This document shows, one piece after another, positions 33,555 to 42,506 of a DNA stretch of 64,000 nt. Under the pieces are notes generated by a model that saw nothing but the letters and a program-made list of their open reading frames with translations, was not told where the DNA came from and made no database searches. Origin of the DNA: Nitrosopumilaceae archaeon (GTDB lineage: Archaea; Thermoproteota; Nitrososphaeria; Nitrososphaerales; Nitrosopumilaceae); contig OZ242274.1 in the NCBI GenBank assembly GCA_965207375.1, positions 2,016,001 through 2,080,000 of the forward strand, in the 5' to 3' direction. Both the position numbers and the translations under genes were made by a program. The stretch's first letter is position 1. Each line of letters begins with the position of its first letter.

Positions 33555-33760
33555 ACTGATACTGTGATCAAATCTAGTTTAGGATCCTTTTTTTTATCTT
33601 CAAGATAAGATTTACACAAAATTATAGCTTTTTTGGTGTCTTCAATCGCATCATCCCTAGTTTTCCCCTGTCCCTTAGCTTGTGGAATTTCTAGACAGTA
33701 ACCCGTATAGAACTTGCCATCTTTATTGACCATGATGTTATAGTTTTCCTTTTCCTGCAT
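33551..33760 (-). CDS. hicB: HicB family antitoxin (short form)
   Basis: YNIMV.KDGKFYTGYCLEIPQAKGQGKTRDDAIED.KKAI.L. Confidence 0.88.
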   Translation of the reverse strand: MQEKENYNIMVNKDGKFYTGYCLEIPQAKGQGKTRDDAIEDTKKAIILCKSYLEDKKKDPKLDLITVSV

Positions 33761-33852
33761 ACAATTGAATACAATATTCATACATATAAAATCAATGTCA
33801 AAAATCAGTTAATCCATCAGTAGATAACAAGTAACGATATTCGTCAAAAAAA

Positions 33853-33950
33853 GTATGTGTTAACATCACGCCTGAATTTTTATTCTATCTTTTGACTAAG
33901 TAATTTGGTGTCTAAAATTACCACAAATTCAAAACAGTGTTAACAGATAC
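33853..33950 (-). mobile_element. MITE-like repeat, copy C (inverted)
   Basis: Has its own imperfect TIRs gtatgtgttaac / gttaacagatac; its reverse complement aligns with copies A, B and D. Confidence 0.85.
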
Positions 33951-34063
33951 AAAGATAGCAAGCAGCACATCTAAATTACCACTATACAGTGTCAACCCAA
34001 AGCGTTGGTTTTTATAAATTTGTCAAAAAAATGCTTGGCAATTTGAAATATCGTTTTAATATC

Positions 34064-34309
34064 TCAAGGTTTAGGATTTGAACAGTTAGGACAAGAATCT
34101 TGCTCTAGTTTTGTTCCGCAATCAGCACAAAGTCCATTGCCTGTAGCGTTAAGAATGGATTGTTTACGACGTCCAACAAAGACCTTGATTCCAAAATATA
34201 CCAAAAATGCAATGACCGTAGCGTATAATATTCCAATAAACGGAGATAGTCCCAACATAAACATGATAGATGCTCCAATCAAAATAAGGTCGCGTTTTTC
34301 AAAACTCAA
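34064..34309 (-). CDS. Small membrane protein with C-terminal Zn ribbon
   Basis: Two TM segments then CADCG...CPNC. Confidence 0.8.
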   Translation of the reverse strand: MSFEKRDLILIGASIMFMLGLSPFIGILYATVIAFLVYFGIKVFVGRRKQSILNATGNGLCADCGTKLEQDSCPNCSNPKP

Positions 34310-34493
34310 TTAAATATACAATACAGGAATTTGATAAAAAGCTATGCTAGAGGTGTTGGCGCGATTTTGGCCTAGTTGCAGCAATCTAGTATGGCAAACT
34401 CAGATCTATCTAGTTTATTTCACAATGTCAATACTCTAACTCATCATCATCGTCTGTACAATACACAGCATACACAGATAATATTGTTTAAAG

Positions 34494-34567
34494 TGGGATT
34501 GGCAGGATTTGAACCTACGACCCCTGGTACCCAAAACCAGGATCATACCAAGCTAGACCACAATCCC
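34494..34567 (-). tRNA. tRNA-Pro(UGG)
   Basis: GGGATTG...CAATCCC-A acceptor stem, CTGGT-TTTGGGT-ACCAG anticodon arm, GGTTCAAATCC T arm. Confidence 0.95.
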
Positions 34568-34644
34568 GCTATCTACACAAAATCAGCTGCCCCAATTTAA
34601 GCTTGACATGTGATGATTTTAAATAACAATCACATCAAAGGTAT

Positions 34645-35538
34645 TTGTTGAACACAGAGCAGTACATCAAGGCAGGCAAAATTGCAGGCGAAATACGAGA
34701 AATGGCACGCAATAAAAATTGGGTTGGAAGTACAGTCTATGAAATTTGTCAAGAGATAGAAGGTCAGATCAAAAGCCGAGGTGCAAAGTGTGCATTTCCG
34801 GTAAATACAAGCATCAATGAGGTAGCAGCACACTATACTGCAGAGCCTGACGATGAGCTGACAATAAAGGAAGATGATCTGGTAAAAATTGATCTTGGAG
34901 CACAGATTGACGGATGGATTGCAGATACTGCAGTTACAGTAAACTATGATCCTCAATATGACCGACTTGTCCAGACTGCCGAAGAGGCATTACACAATGC
35001 AATGGCACAGATCAAAGATGGAGTAAAGGCAAGCGACATTGGTAGGACAATTGAAAAAACCATTAAACAGGCAGGATGCGCCCCAATTATCAATCTAAGT
35101 GGACATTCACTAGAACAGTATACAATTCATGCAGGAAAATCCATTCCAAACATATGGTCAATAGGATCATTTTCACTCTCTGAAAAGTCAGCATACGCAT
35201 GCGAGCCGTTTGTAACTACAAGTGACGGCCTAGGTTTTGTAAAAGAGGGAAAAATCAGAAATATTTTTGCAATGGTGTCACGAAAAAAGACAAAAAATGC
35301 CAGAGCCGATGAGTTGTTGGATTTTATTTGGAATAACTTTAACATGCTGCCGTTTGCATTAAGATGGATTGTGACAGATTATGAGGAATCAGAGGCAAGA
35401 GAGTTGCTAGATATTCTTATAAAGAAAAAGGCAGTCCAGGCATATCCGGTACTAGTTGAGGGAAATGGGAAAAGAGTGGCACAAGCAGAGCACACATTCA
35501 TACCCAATCAGACAGGGGTCACAATCACTACACAGTAA
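34645..35538 (+). CDS. map: Methionine aminopeptidase type II
   Basis: AFPVN.SINEVAAHYT, KIDLG..IDG.IADTA, NLSGH, IHAGKSIP, AQAEHT. Confidence 0.95.
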   Translation: MLNTEQYIKAGKIAGEIREMARNKNWVGSTVYEICQEIEGQIKSRGAKCAFPVNTSINEVAAHYTAEPDDELTIKEDDLVKIDLGAQIDGWIADTAVTVNYDPQYDRLVQTAEEALHNAMAQIKDGVKASDIGRTIEKTIKQAGCAPIINLSGHSLEQYTIHAGKSIPNIWSIGSFSLSEKSAYACEPFVTTSDGLGFVKEGKIRNIFAMVSRKKTKNARADELLDFIWNNFNMLPFALRWIVTDYEESEARELLDILIKKKAVQAYPVLVEGNGKRVAQAEHTFIPNQTGVTITTQ

Positions 35539-35540
35539 CA

Positions 35541-35720
35541 TCATTGTTTGAAGGTTTGACCATATATTAGATCAATGCAGTATAGTCCACCGCATTGGCA
35601 TGAGTCAAGTTCTGCAAATAACGAATCGCCGTCTTTGAATTTGCGTGTGTGCTGCTTTTGACAGGAATTACATTTTGATACAGTATATGCAACTGTAATT
35701 TCCTTTTTTGAGAAAATCAT
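35541..35720 (-). CDS. Small Zn-ribbon protein (59 aa, not in ORF track)
   Basis: MIFSKKEITVAYTVSKCNSC...RKFKDGD...CQCGG...IYGQ; ATGA overlap with the DUF1512 gene. Confidence 0.75.
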   Translation of the reverse strand: MIFSKKEITVAYTVSKCNSCQKQHTRKFKDGDSLFAELDSCQCGGLYCIDLIYGQTFKQ

Positions 35721-36838
35721 TGCGGCACACCTATGGTGTTGCCCACACCGATAACAAGTATTGTATTTCCTGGTACAGTATTATTTTTGATTAAATCATA
35801 TACGCGGTTACGAGTCTCGACTGCTTTATGTGCAATGTCTTTGGTCATCAAAGTTATTGCTTCTTTGACTGACTGTTTTACAATTACTGCAAAAATTGGT
35901 ATTTTGTTATTTGTCGCAATCTCTTCTATTTCAAAACGCTCTATTCCGACACCTCCTATGGCTGCTCCAAAACCTTGCGCAACGCTAGCAGAATCTTCAC
36001 CTTCAAATTTCAGGGCAGCATCAACCATAATTATGGCATCAAGCTTTGTGTCTTGAATGATTTTTTTTAATCCATCTGCTGGCCGTCCAACAGTAGAGGA
36101 CGGACCTAGAGCCTTCATCAGGATTAATTTCCTGTCCTCAAAATCGGTTTTGCCTATGACGGTTTGAAATGCAATCTCCTCTTTTATAGTATTTAACATG
36201 ATTTTGCCCACAACAAGAGGGCCTATGCTGTCTCCAATGGGCTGATTTTGTTTAAAGGCAGGTATTGCCTCCTTTAAGGCCGCTGCCTCCTCCATTATAA
36301 AGGGAAGCATCATCTGCAAAGGCAGAATCAGAGGATAGTTGTTTTGTTTTTTTGCAGTTAAAAACATGTGATTGATTATCTTGTATAGCAGCTGAAGTGA
36401 GGTTACAATCTCTAAAAGAGTTTGAACCTTGTTTAGTTCAGCATCAGGGATATCAGGCATCATTGACCTTATGTTGTGGCGTGTATAGTTTTCTCTTGAA
36501 CGTATTGTATGCTTGATTTTTGGGACAATTCCATTAGGATCCAAATCGACGGGAGGTATAGTAAAGTAATTTAGAAATTGATCAATTCTTGCAGTGGGTT
36601 GAGTTTTTGGATTGCATTTATTGATATAATCAAGGAGTTCAGTTCTACCTTCATTTTTAAACGAGTCTAGTTTTTTGATGCTTTTTTTAATTTCACTAGA
36701 TGTAATTTGTAATTGAATACGTTGTCCATAAAAAACAAAAAGGATAACGGGCAGAATCCAAATAAGCATCATAAACAGACTGGTATCATCATTTAATCCA
36801 AAAAATTCCTCTACATTAAAATCGGTAAAATTCAACAT
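35717..36838 (-). CDS. DUF1512 family protein
   Basis: PVDLDPNGIV, PIGDSIGP, VDAALKFEGE, GVGNTIG. Confidence 0.88.
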   Translation of the reverse strand: MLNFTDFNVEEFFGLNDDTSLFMMLIWILPVILFVFYGQRIQLQITSSEIKKSIKKLDSFKNEGRTELLDYINKCNPKTQPTARIDQFLNYFTIPPVDLDPNGIVPKIKHTIRSRENYTRHNIRSMMPDIPDAELNKVQTLLEIVTSLQLLYKIINHMFLTAKKQNNYPLILPLQMMLPFIMEEAAALKEAIPAFKQNQPIGDSIGPLVVGKIMLNTIKEEIAFQTVIGKTDFEDRKLILMKALGPSSTVGRPADGLKKIIQDTKLDAIIMVDAALKFEGEDSASVAQGFGAAIGGVGIERFEIEEIATNNKIPIFAVIVKQSVKEAITLMTKDIAHKAVETRNRVYDLIKNNTVPGNTILVIGVGNTIGVPQ

Positions 36839-37016
36839 TTACTGCGATCAAGGCTTGCAAATTAAATCATTCGTTGTACAATTCTAAAATCATACCGTAT
36901 AAAAAAGTAAAAATCACCATGTAAAATTGTCATATTAGGAATAAAATGTCACTCAAAAATCAGCATGTAAAGTGAATCCCTTTTATTATAGTTAATATAC
37001 GAAAAAATCGGAAATC

Positions 37017-37577
37017 ATGCCAGAAACAAAACCCATAGTTAGCGTTGAAAACGTAGTAGCTTCGGCCTCAGTTGATCAAAAGATGGATCTGAACGAAATT
37101 ACACGTACATTTCCAGATGTAGAGTATCATCCTGATCAATTTCCAGGACTAGTATTTAGATTAAAGAGTCCCAAAACTGCAACGTTGATTTTTACATCAG
37201 GCAAGATGGTATGTACCGGTTCAAAATCAGAGGAGATGGCAAGAAAGGCAGTAAAGACAGTAGTTCAAAAGCTTAGAAAAGGTGGTATCAAAGTTAAAAA
37301 AGATGCAACAGTTGAGATACAAAACATAGTAGCATCAATTAACTTGGGTGGGAAAATACATCTAGAACAGGCAGCAAGAACATTACCAAGAAGCATGTAC
37401 GAGCCAGAGCAATTTCCGGGTCTGATTCACAGGATGCTTGATCCAAAAACTGTAATTCTATTGTTTTCGTCAGGAAAACTTGTTTGTACGGGAGCAAAAA
37501 AGGAGCCTGATGTATACAGATCAGTTAATAATTTGCACGCCCTTTTAGAAGAAAAGGATCTTATGATATATAGCTAG
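37017..37577 (+). CDS. tbp: TATA-box binding protein
   Basis: Two repeats of NVVAS / Y.P.QFPGL / LIF.SGK.VCTG. Confidence 0.97.
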   Translation: MPETKPIVSVENVVASASVDQKMDLNEITRTFPDVEYHPDQFPGLVFRLKSPKTATLIFTSGKMVCTGSKSEEMARKAVKTVVQKLRKGGIKVKKDATVEIQNIVASINLGGKIHLEQAARTLPRSMYEPEQFPGLIHRMLDPKTVILLFSSGKLVCTGAKKEPDVYRSVNNLHALLEEKDLMIYS

Positions 37578-37639
37578 TTTCATAGATCGTTTTTTTTATC
37601 TGTTTAAAAGTTCTTAATACTGTAAAAAATATTCCCTGT

Positions 37640-38332
37640 ATGAAAATAGAGCGTGTGCAAGATTTCAAATTAGACGACTTTACACTGATTGGCTCACTGC
37701 CAGATATGGGAAAGGTGGGAGGACTAGTATCTCAACACATTGCCAAAAAACTAGATGCGCAGCTTGCAGTAAAAATTACAATAACAGACAAGCCATGGAT
37801 TAATCAAAAAAAGGGCTTGGTTTTTGTGCCACGTGAGCAATACAGAATAACAGTTGATGAAAAAAACAAGATTGTAATTTTTGAGGGAGGCAATCAACCG
37901 CAGGAACCAGATACAGTAATGAAACTAGCAGAGACGGTGTTTTGCGAAGTACAAAAAATTGGAAACATAAAAAAAGTAATTTCGGCAGGAGGTTATCTGC
38001 CTGCACAGCCGGGAAACAAAGTCTTTGGAGTAGCCACAACACAGCAGGCGCTAGAGGACCTAGAAAAGCAGCAGATTTTTCCATTAAGTTCTGATGTCAA
38101 CAACATAACCTGGTTTAATGGTCTGATTTTAGCTAGGGCAAAAGATGCAGGCATCACAGGAATAGGTCTGTTTGGAGAAATCACATCTACAGATACGCCG
38201 CAATACAAGGCAGCAAGCAACATAATTGCAAAAATACAAAAGATTCTAAATGTTCCAATAGACACCTGTGAAATTGATCAAAAAGTTGTAGAGCCCAAAC
38301 AGACAAAGACAGACGGTCCAGGAATAGGATAA
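37640..38332 (+). CDS. PAC2 family (proteasome assembly chaperone) protein
   Basis: GSLPDMGKVG, QP, SAGGY, GIGLFGE. Confidence 0.85.
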   Translation: MKIERVQDFKLDDFTLIGSLPDMGKVGGLVSQHIAKKLDAQLAVKITITDKPWINQKKGLVFVPREQYRITVDEKNKIVIFEGGNQPQEPDTVMKLAETVFCEVQKIGNIKKVISAGGYLPAQPGNKVFGVATTQQALEDLEKQQIFPLSSDVNNITWFNGLILARAKDAGITGIGLFGEITSTDTPQYKAASNIIAKIQKILNVPIDTCEIDQKVVEPKQTKTDGPGIG

Positions 38333-38333
38333 G

Positions 38334-38657
38334 TTACTTTATTTGAGTTCCAGATGGGACAGTATCAGAAACTGTCAGCCAAAACGGCTTTTGATCAACG
38401 TCTGCTGCTAGCAGCATTGCATCAGACTCTATGCCTGCCATTTTTTTAGGCTCCAAATTTGCAACAACGATTACTGTTCTGCCTACCATATCTGAGGGCT
38501 CGTAAAACTGCGCACCGCCGATAATTACGGTTTTTTGCTGGTCTCCAAGATCTATGGTTCCCTTTATGATTTTGGTTTTGCCTGCAATGGGCTTGGCTGC
38601 TGTGATTTTAGCAACACGCAGATCAAGTTTTGTAAAATCATCATATGTGATAGTCAT
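38334..38657 (-). CDS. tRNA-binding OB-fold protein (Trbp111/CsaA-like)
   Basis: DDF.KLDLRVAKI, VANLEPKKMAG.ES..MLLAA. Confidence 0.9.
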   Translation of the reverse strand: MTITYDDFTKLDLRVAKITAAKPIAGKTKIIKGTIDLGDQQKTVIIGGAQFYEPSDMVGRTVIVVANLEPKKMAGIESDAMLLAADVDQKPFWLTVSDTVPSGTQIK

Positions 38658-38695
38658 GACGCATCTAGCATGTCCTCATTAAAAGGAATTTCGAA

Positions 38696-38911
38696 TTAAT
38701 ATAGTTGGGATTTTTTAATTCCGCTGGTTTCTATGTCGTATTTTAGCGTAGTGGGCAGCTCTTCGTATTTTTTGTTTACAAGAATTTTAATTTGATCTTC
38801 GGGCACCTTGACACACTTGAGCAGTTTGCCTCGCTGATGCGCATATGCATCTTTCCAAAAGTTTGAGGCATCAAGGGTATGTATTTTTGGCAGGTACCTT
38901 GAGGACTTCAT
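38696..38911 (-). CDS. Small hypothetical protein
   Basis: ORF with natural composition; start taken at MKSSRY to leave room for divergent promoters. Confidence 0.65.
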   Translation of the reverse strand: MKSSRYLPKIHTLDASNFWKDAYAHQRGKLLKCVKVPEDQIKILVNKKYEELPTTLKYDIETSGIKKSQLY

Positions 38912-38961
38912 AAAAATACGATACAAATACAATATATTTAGTGTGAGATACAAAACAATAC

Positions 38962-39378
38962 ATGGCAAAAATCAACGCATCAATAGATATCAGGGCACCG
39001 CAAGAAAGAGTCTGGAATATAATATCGGATTTAGATAATGAGCCTAAATTTTGGAAGGGTACAAAGGAGACAAGAACTATTTCAAAGCATGAAAATACGA
39101 TACAGCGAGAGATTACAATTGCGTTTAGGGATCAAAAATGTATGCAGCAAATAGAGCTAGAGCCCAAGACAAAAATTAAGGCACAGTTTACAGAGGGAAT
39201 CATCAGTGGAACTAAAACCATGACGCTCTCATCAGAGAGTGAAACGACGACACTAGAGGTAGAGTGGGACATTAAACTGACAGGAGTAATGGGTATCTTT
39301 ACTGGAATGATAAAAAAGCACATCAAAGGTGGTACGGAACAAGCCATAAACAGCATACGAAAAGAAGCTGAGAGCTAG
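38962..39378 (+). CDS. SRPBCC (START-like) family protein
   Basis: IDIRAPQERVWNIISD....PKFW. Confidence 0.88.
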   Translation: MAKINASIDIRAPQERVWNIISDLDNEPKFWKGTKETRTISKHENTIQREITIAFRDQKCMQQIELEPKTKIKAQFTEGIISGTKTMTLSSESETTTLEVEWDIKLTGVMGIFTGMIKKHIKGGTEQAINSIRKEAES

Positions 39379-39381
39379 TTT

Positions 39382-40581
39382 ATGATTTTAGAAATTATCA
39401 ATTATTTTCTGATTGCAATTTTAATTGGAGTCACAGGTGCGTGGGTGTTTTTAATACGGTCAATGCTTGCATCATTTAGGCATACGCCTTATTTGGATAG
39501 ATTTGAAAAAAGATCAACAGACACCCCAAAGGTATCGATAATTTTGCCTGCACGTAATGAGGAAAATTACATTGTAACGTGTCTGGATTCACTAATCAGA
39601 CAAGATTATCAAAATTATGAGATAATAGCAATTGATGACTCGTCAGAAGATAATACTGGAAAAATAATTAAAAAATATGCAGAAAAAAATTCCAAGATAA
39701 TTTACGTTGCTGCACAAAAAAAACCTGCAGGATGGATGGGTAAGAATTGGGCATGTATGGAAGGCTACAAAAAAGCAGGCGGCGAGCTGTTGCTGTTTAC
39801 TGATTCAGATACAAAACACGCATCAAATGTAATATCACTGTCAGTGGATCATCTAATGTCACTGAATCTTGATGCACTTACGGTAATGCCAAAGATGCTA
39901 TCGCTTGATTTTTGGACAAAAATCACGCTTCCGATGATTTCGACATTTTTGCATACACGATTTTCTGCACTCAGGGTAAATGATCCGTCAAAAAACACGG
40001 GATATTTTTTTGGTAGTTTTTTCATAATCAAAAGGAAAACATATGATGAGGTAGGAACTCACAAGGGGGTAAAGCAGGAGATCATCGAGGACGGGGCACT
40101 TGGAAAAAAGGTCAAAGAGTCAGGATACAAGATGAGAATGGTACGAGGGGATCATTTGATTGATGCTGTCTGGGCAAGGGATGGTAGGACGCTTTGGAAT
40201 GCATTAAAGCGGCTCATGATTCCACTGTATCTGCAAAGCAGGCAAATTGCAGTGGGTATTTTCTTTGCGGTTTTGTTTTTGCTGTTTATGCCGTTTGTTC
40301 TTTTGGGGTATTCTTTGGCAACATTTGATGGAGCCATTTCATCAAGTGTGCTGTTGATTGTATCCTCAATTGCATCTATTCTAGTATACACGGGGGCAAT
40401 AATGGAATCAAGGCAGCTTTACATCAAGGTATTATATGCTGCACTAGGCCCTGTAGGAGGTCTGGTAATAGTTGCAGGTTTTCTTTCAGGATTGATTCAG
40501 GCAGGTGGAGACACTGCAGTATCATGGAGGGGCAGGACGTACTCTATGAAGGATCATGCACAAAATCCAATCAATGTGTGA
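39382..40581 (+). CDS. Glycosyltransferase family 2
   Basis: VSIILPARNEE, IDDSSED, GWMGK.WAC, LLFTDSD, EDG, WRGR.Y. Confidence 0.92.
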   Translation: MILEIINYFLIAILIGVTGAWVFLIRSMLASFRHTPYLDRFEKRSTDTPKVSIILPARNEENYIVTCLDSLIRQDYQNYEIIAIDDSSEDNTGKIIKKYAEKNSKIIYVAAQKKPAGWMGKNWACMEGYKKAGGELLLFTDSDTKHASNVISLSVDHLMSLNLDALTVMPKMLSLDFWTKITLPMISTFLHTRFSALRVNDPSKNTGYFFGSFFIIKRKTYDEVGTHKGVKQEIIEDGALGKKVKESGYKMRMVRGDHLIDAVWARDGRTLWNALKRLMIPLYLQSRQIAVGIFFAVLFLLFMPFVLLGYSLATFDGAISSSVLLIVSSIASILVYTGAIMESRQLYIKVLYAALGPVGGLVIVAGFLSGLIQAGGDTAVSWRGRTYSMKDHAQNPINV

Positions 40582-41107
40582 TTGAGAGATGGTTTTTAGA
40601 ATTTGCAGATAATAGTTTTGTACTATTTCATAGTATGAGATTATCTAAATTTGTGTATTTTTTTACATGTGTAGATTTTGCAAGATTACATGTGAAGAGC
40701 AAATAATGTGCATTTTGGCTTTACTGTAACAAGCAAAAAGGATTACAATTTTTGTAATCATGTTGATAAAAATGGTTACAAGATTTAAAGTGTTTTTGCC
40801 TTAACCAACATACATGTGCAGTGTATGAATTTAAACAGAGATGTTAGTTTGTGTTATAACTAATAACGTTAAAAATCTATTTTTTAATGGAAAAATTCTG
40901 ATGTGTCTAATATATCATAAAGCCATGGCCATGTTTTGGCATTGGATGTTAGAAATTATGCCTAAAAGTTAAACCCCCCCTGATTTTGGCGTTTTTAGAA
41001 AAAATGGTTCTTGATTGAGAAGTGATTTTTGTGCGATTTTCGTAAGAGAAAACACCCAGTTTCAAAAGAATACTTTGATAATTTCAAATCACATCATTCA
41101 CGCAGAC

Positions 41108-41227
41108 TTATTCATTATTCTCTACCCATTTACTCCAAGTTGACTCTTTAGGTATATCGCCAATATCATAGTTGGTCGTACTCCACTCTATGACCTTTGG
41201 TGGTGTATCTGCATCCTTTTGATTCAT
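41108..41227 (-). CDS. Putative 39-aa acidic, Trp-containing peptide (not in ORF track)
   Basis: ATG 2 bp after the stop of 41230..42027; MNQKDADTPPKVIEWSTTNYDIGDIPKESTWSKWVENNE. Confidence 0.5.
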   Translation of the reverse strand: MNQKDADTPPKVIEWSTTNYDIGDIPKESTWSKWVENNE

Positions 41228-41229
41228 TT

Positions 41230-42027
41230 TCATGCCTGTATCGTCACATCTTTGGTTGTGCTTTTCTCGGCTTGCTTTTTGGCAGCCTTTATCTTGTCCT
41301 TGATTTTCTTTTTGGCCAGTATCTGTTCTTTGTTCTTTGTATAGTATTCTTTTGAGCGCTTGTCAGCCTTTTCCTTGTTCTTTTGGTAATGTTCTTTTGC
41401 TCGTTCTATAGCCTTTTCCTTGTTTTTTTGATAGTATTGCTTTGCATGCTTGGTAATCTTTTCCTTGTTTTTTTGATAGTATTTTTTTCTATGCTCTTTT
41501 ACTCTCTCCTTGTTTTCTTTATTATAGGCCAGCGATTTCTTTACGAGTTTTTCCTTGTTTTTTTCATAGTATTTTTTGCCTTGTTCTCTAGATTTCTCCC
41601 TGAGTTCCTGGGATCTTGTCTTGTGTTTTGCCCTTGCACGGGCTAGTAACTTTTCTTTATTCTTGTGATAGTATTCTTTGCTTTTCTCTTTAATTTTGTC
41701 CTTGCTTGCCTGGTACCTTGCCTTTTCTGTAGCCAGTATCTTTTCTCTGTTCTTTTGATAGTATTCTGCATGCTTTGCCAGTAACTCTGTTTTGTTTGTT
41801 TGGTATTTTTTCTTCTTTTCTGCTAGTACCTTTTCCTTGTTGAGTTCGTATTTCTCCTTATGATACGCCTTGATTTTTTCTTTGTTCTTTTGGTAGTATT
41901 TGGCAGTATACTGATTTTCTCGTTCTCTAAGTTCGTTGTGGCGCTTTTTGCGGTTCTCCTTGATTTTCTCCTTGTTATTCTCATAATAGTCTCGGTGTGA
42001 TTCTGTGTAGGTCGACATGTATCTCAT
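41230..42027 (-). CDS. Lys/Tyr-rich 15-residue repeat protein (about 15 repeats)
   Basis: YYQKNKEK(I/L) recurring every ~15 aa; ATGA overlap with the upstream paralog. Confidence 0.88.
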   Translation of the reverse strand: MRYMSTYTESHRDYYENNKEKIKENRKKRHNELRERENQYTAKYYQKNKEKIKAYHKEKYELNKEKVLAEKKKKYQTNKTELLAKHAEYYQKNREKILATEKARYQASKDKIKEKSKEYYHKNKEKLLARARAKHKTRSQELREKSREQGKKYYEKNKEKLVKKSLAYNKENKERVKEHRKKYYQKNKEKITKHAKQYYQKNKEKAIERAKEHYQKNKEKADKRSKEYYTKNKEQILAKKKIKDKIKAAKKQAEKSTTKDVTIQA

Positions 42028-42464
42028 CTCGATTTTTTGGCCTGTACCGGCTTGGCTCTCTTGGCAGGCTTTTTCTTGCTTCTGGCTGCGTTTTTCTTGC
42101 TTAATTCGTACTTTTTCTTCTTATCTGCCAGTATCTTTTCTCTGTTTAATCGATAACGTTTTTTGATTTTGGCTAGTAACTTTTCTTTATTTTTTTGATA
42201 ATAGTCCTTTTTTTGCTCTAAGACCTTCTTTCTGTTCTGTACATTGTACTGTTTGTTATATTCCTTGAATCGCTCCTTGTCTGATTCGTATAGTTCTTTG
42301 TGATTTGCCTTGATTTGCTCTTTGTTTTTTTGATAATAATTGGCGCTGACTTGATTTTCCTGCTCTTTATTTGCTGTATAATGCTTTTTGCGATTTTTCT
42401 TTATTTTCTCTTTATTTTTCTGATAATATTCTTGATGTTGTTTTGTGTATGTAGATAGTTGCAA
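42024..42464 (-). CDS. Lys/Tyr-rich 15-residue repeat protein (about 7 repeats)
   Basis: Same motif; N-terminus STYT..H..YY..NKEKIK.NRKK shared with the downstream paralog. Confidence 0.85.
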   Translation of the reverse strand: MQLSTYTKQHQEYYQKNKEKIKKNRKKHYTANKEQENQVSANYYQKNKEQIKANHKELYESDKERFKEYNKQYNVQNRKKVLEQKKDYYQKNKEKLLAKIKKRYRLNREKILADKKKKYELSKKNAARSKKKPAKRAKPVQAKKSR

Positions 42465-42506
42465 TTTCAGAATAAAAAGAAAAGGGGAAATGTGTTGTTT
42501 TCTAGT

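Larger units (their letters stand above)
32189..33950. mobile_element. Non-autonomous composite element bounded by inverted MITEs, 8-bp direct repeat
   Basis: Ends gtatctgttaac / gttaacagatac; aaagatag at 32181-32188 and 33951-33958. Confidence 0.8.

Noticed and set aside
32189-33950. Integron attC cassette array
   Set aside because: Ends do not fit RYYYAAC/GTTRRRY, copy C is inverted, no integrase is present, and an 8-bp flanking duplication favours transposition.
31586-34567. tRNA-Pro-targeted integrative element
   Set aside because: Only a 9-nt match (gtgggattg) to the tRNA 3' end, inside an intact gene; no integrase.
40582-41107. AT-rich gap as replication origin
   Set aside because: No convincing repeated ORB motifs and no cdc6/orc1 in the window.
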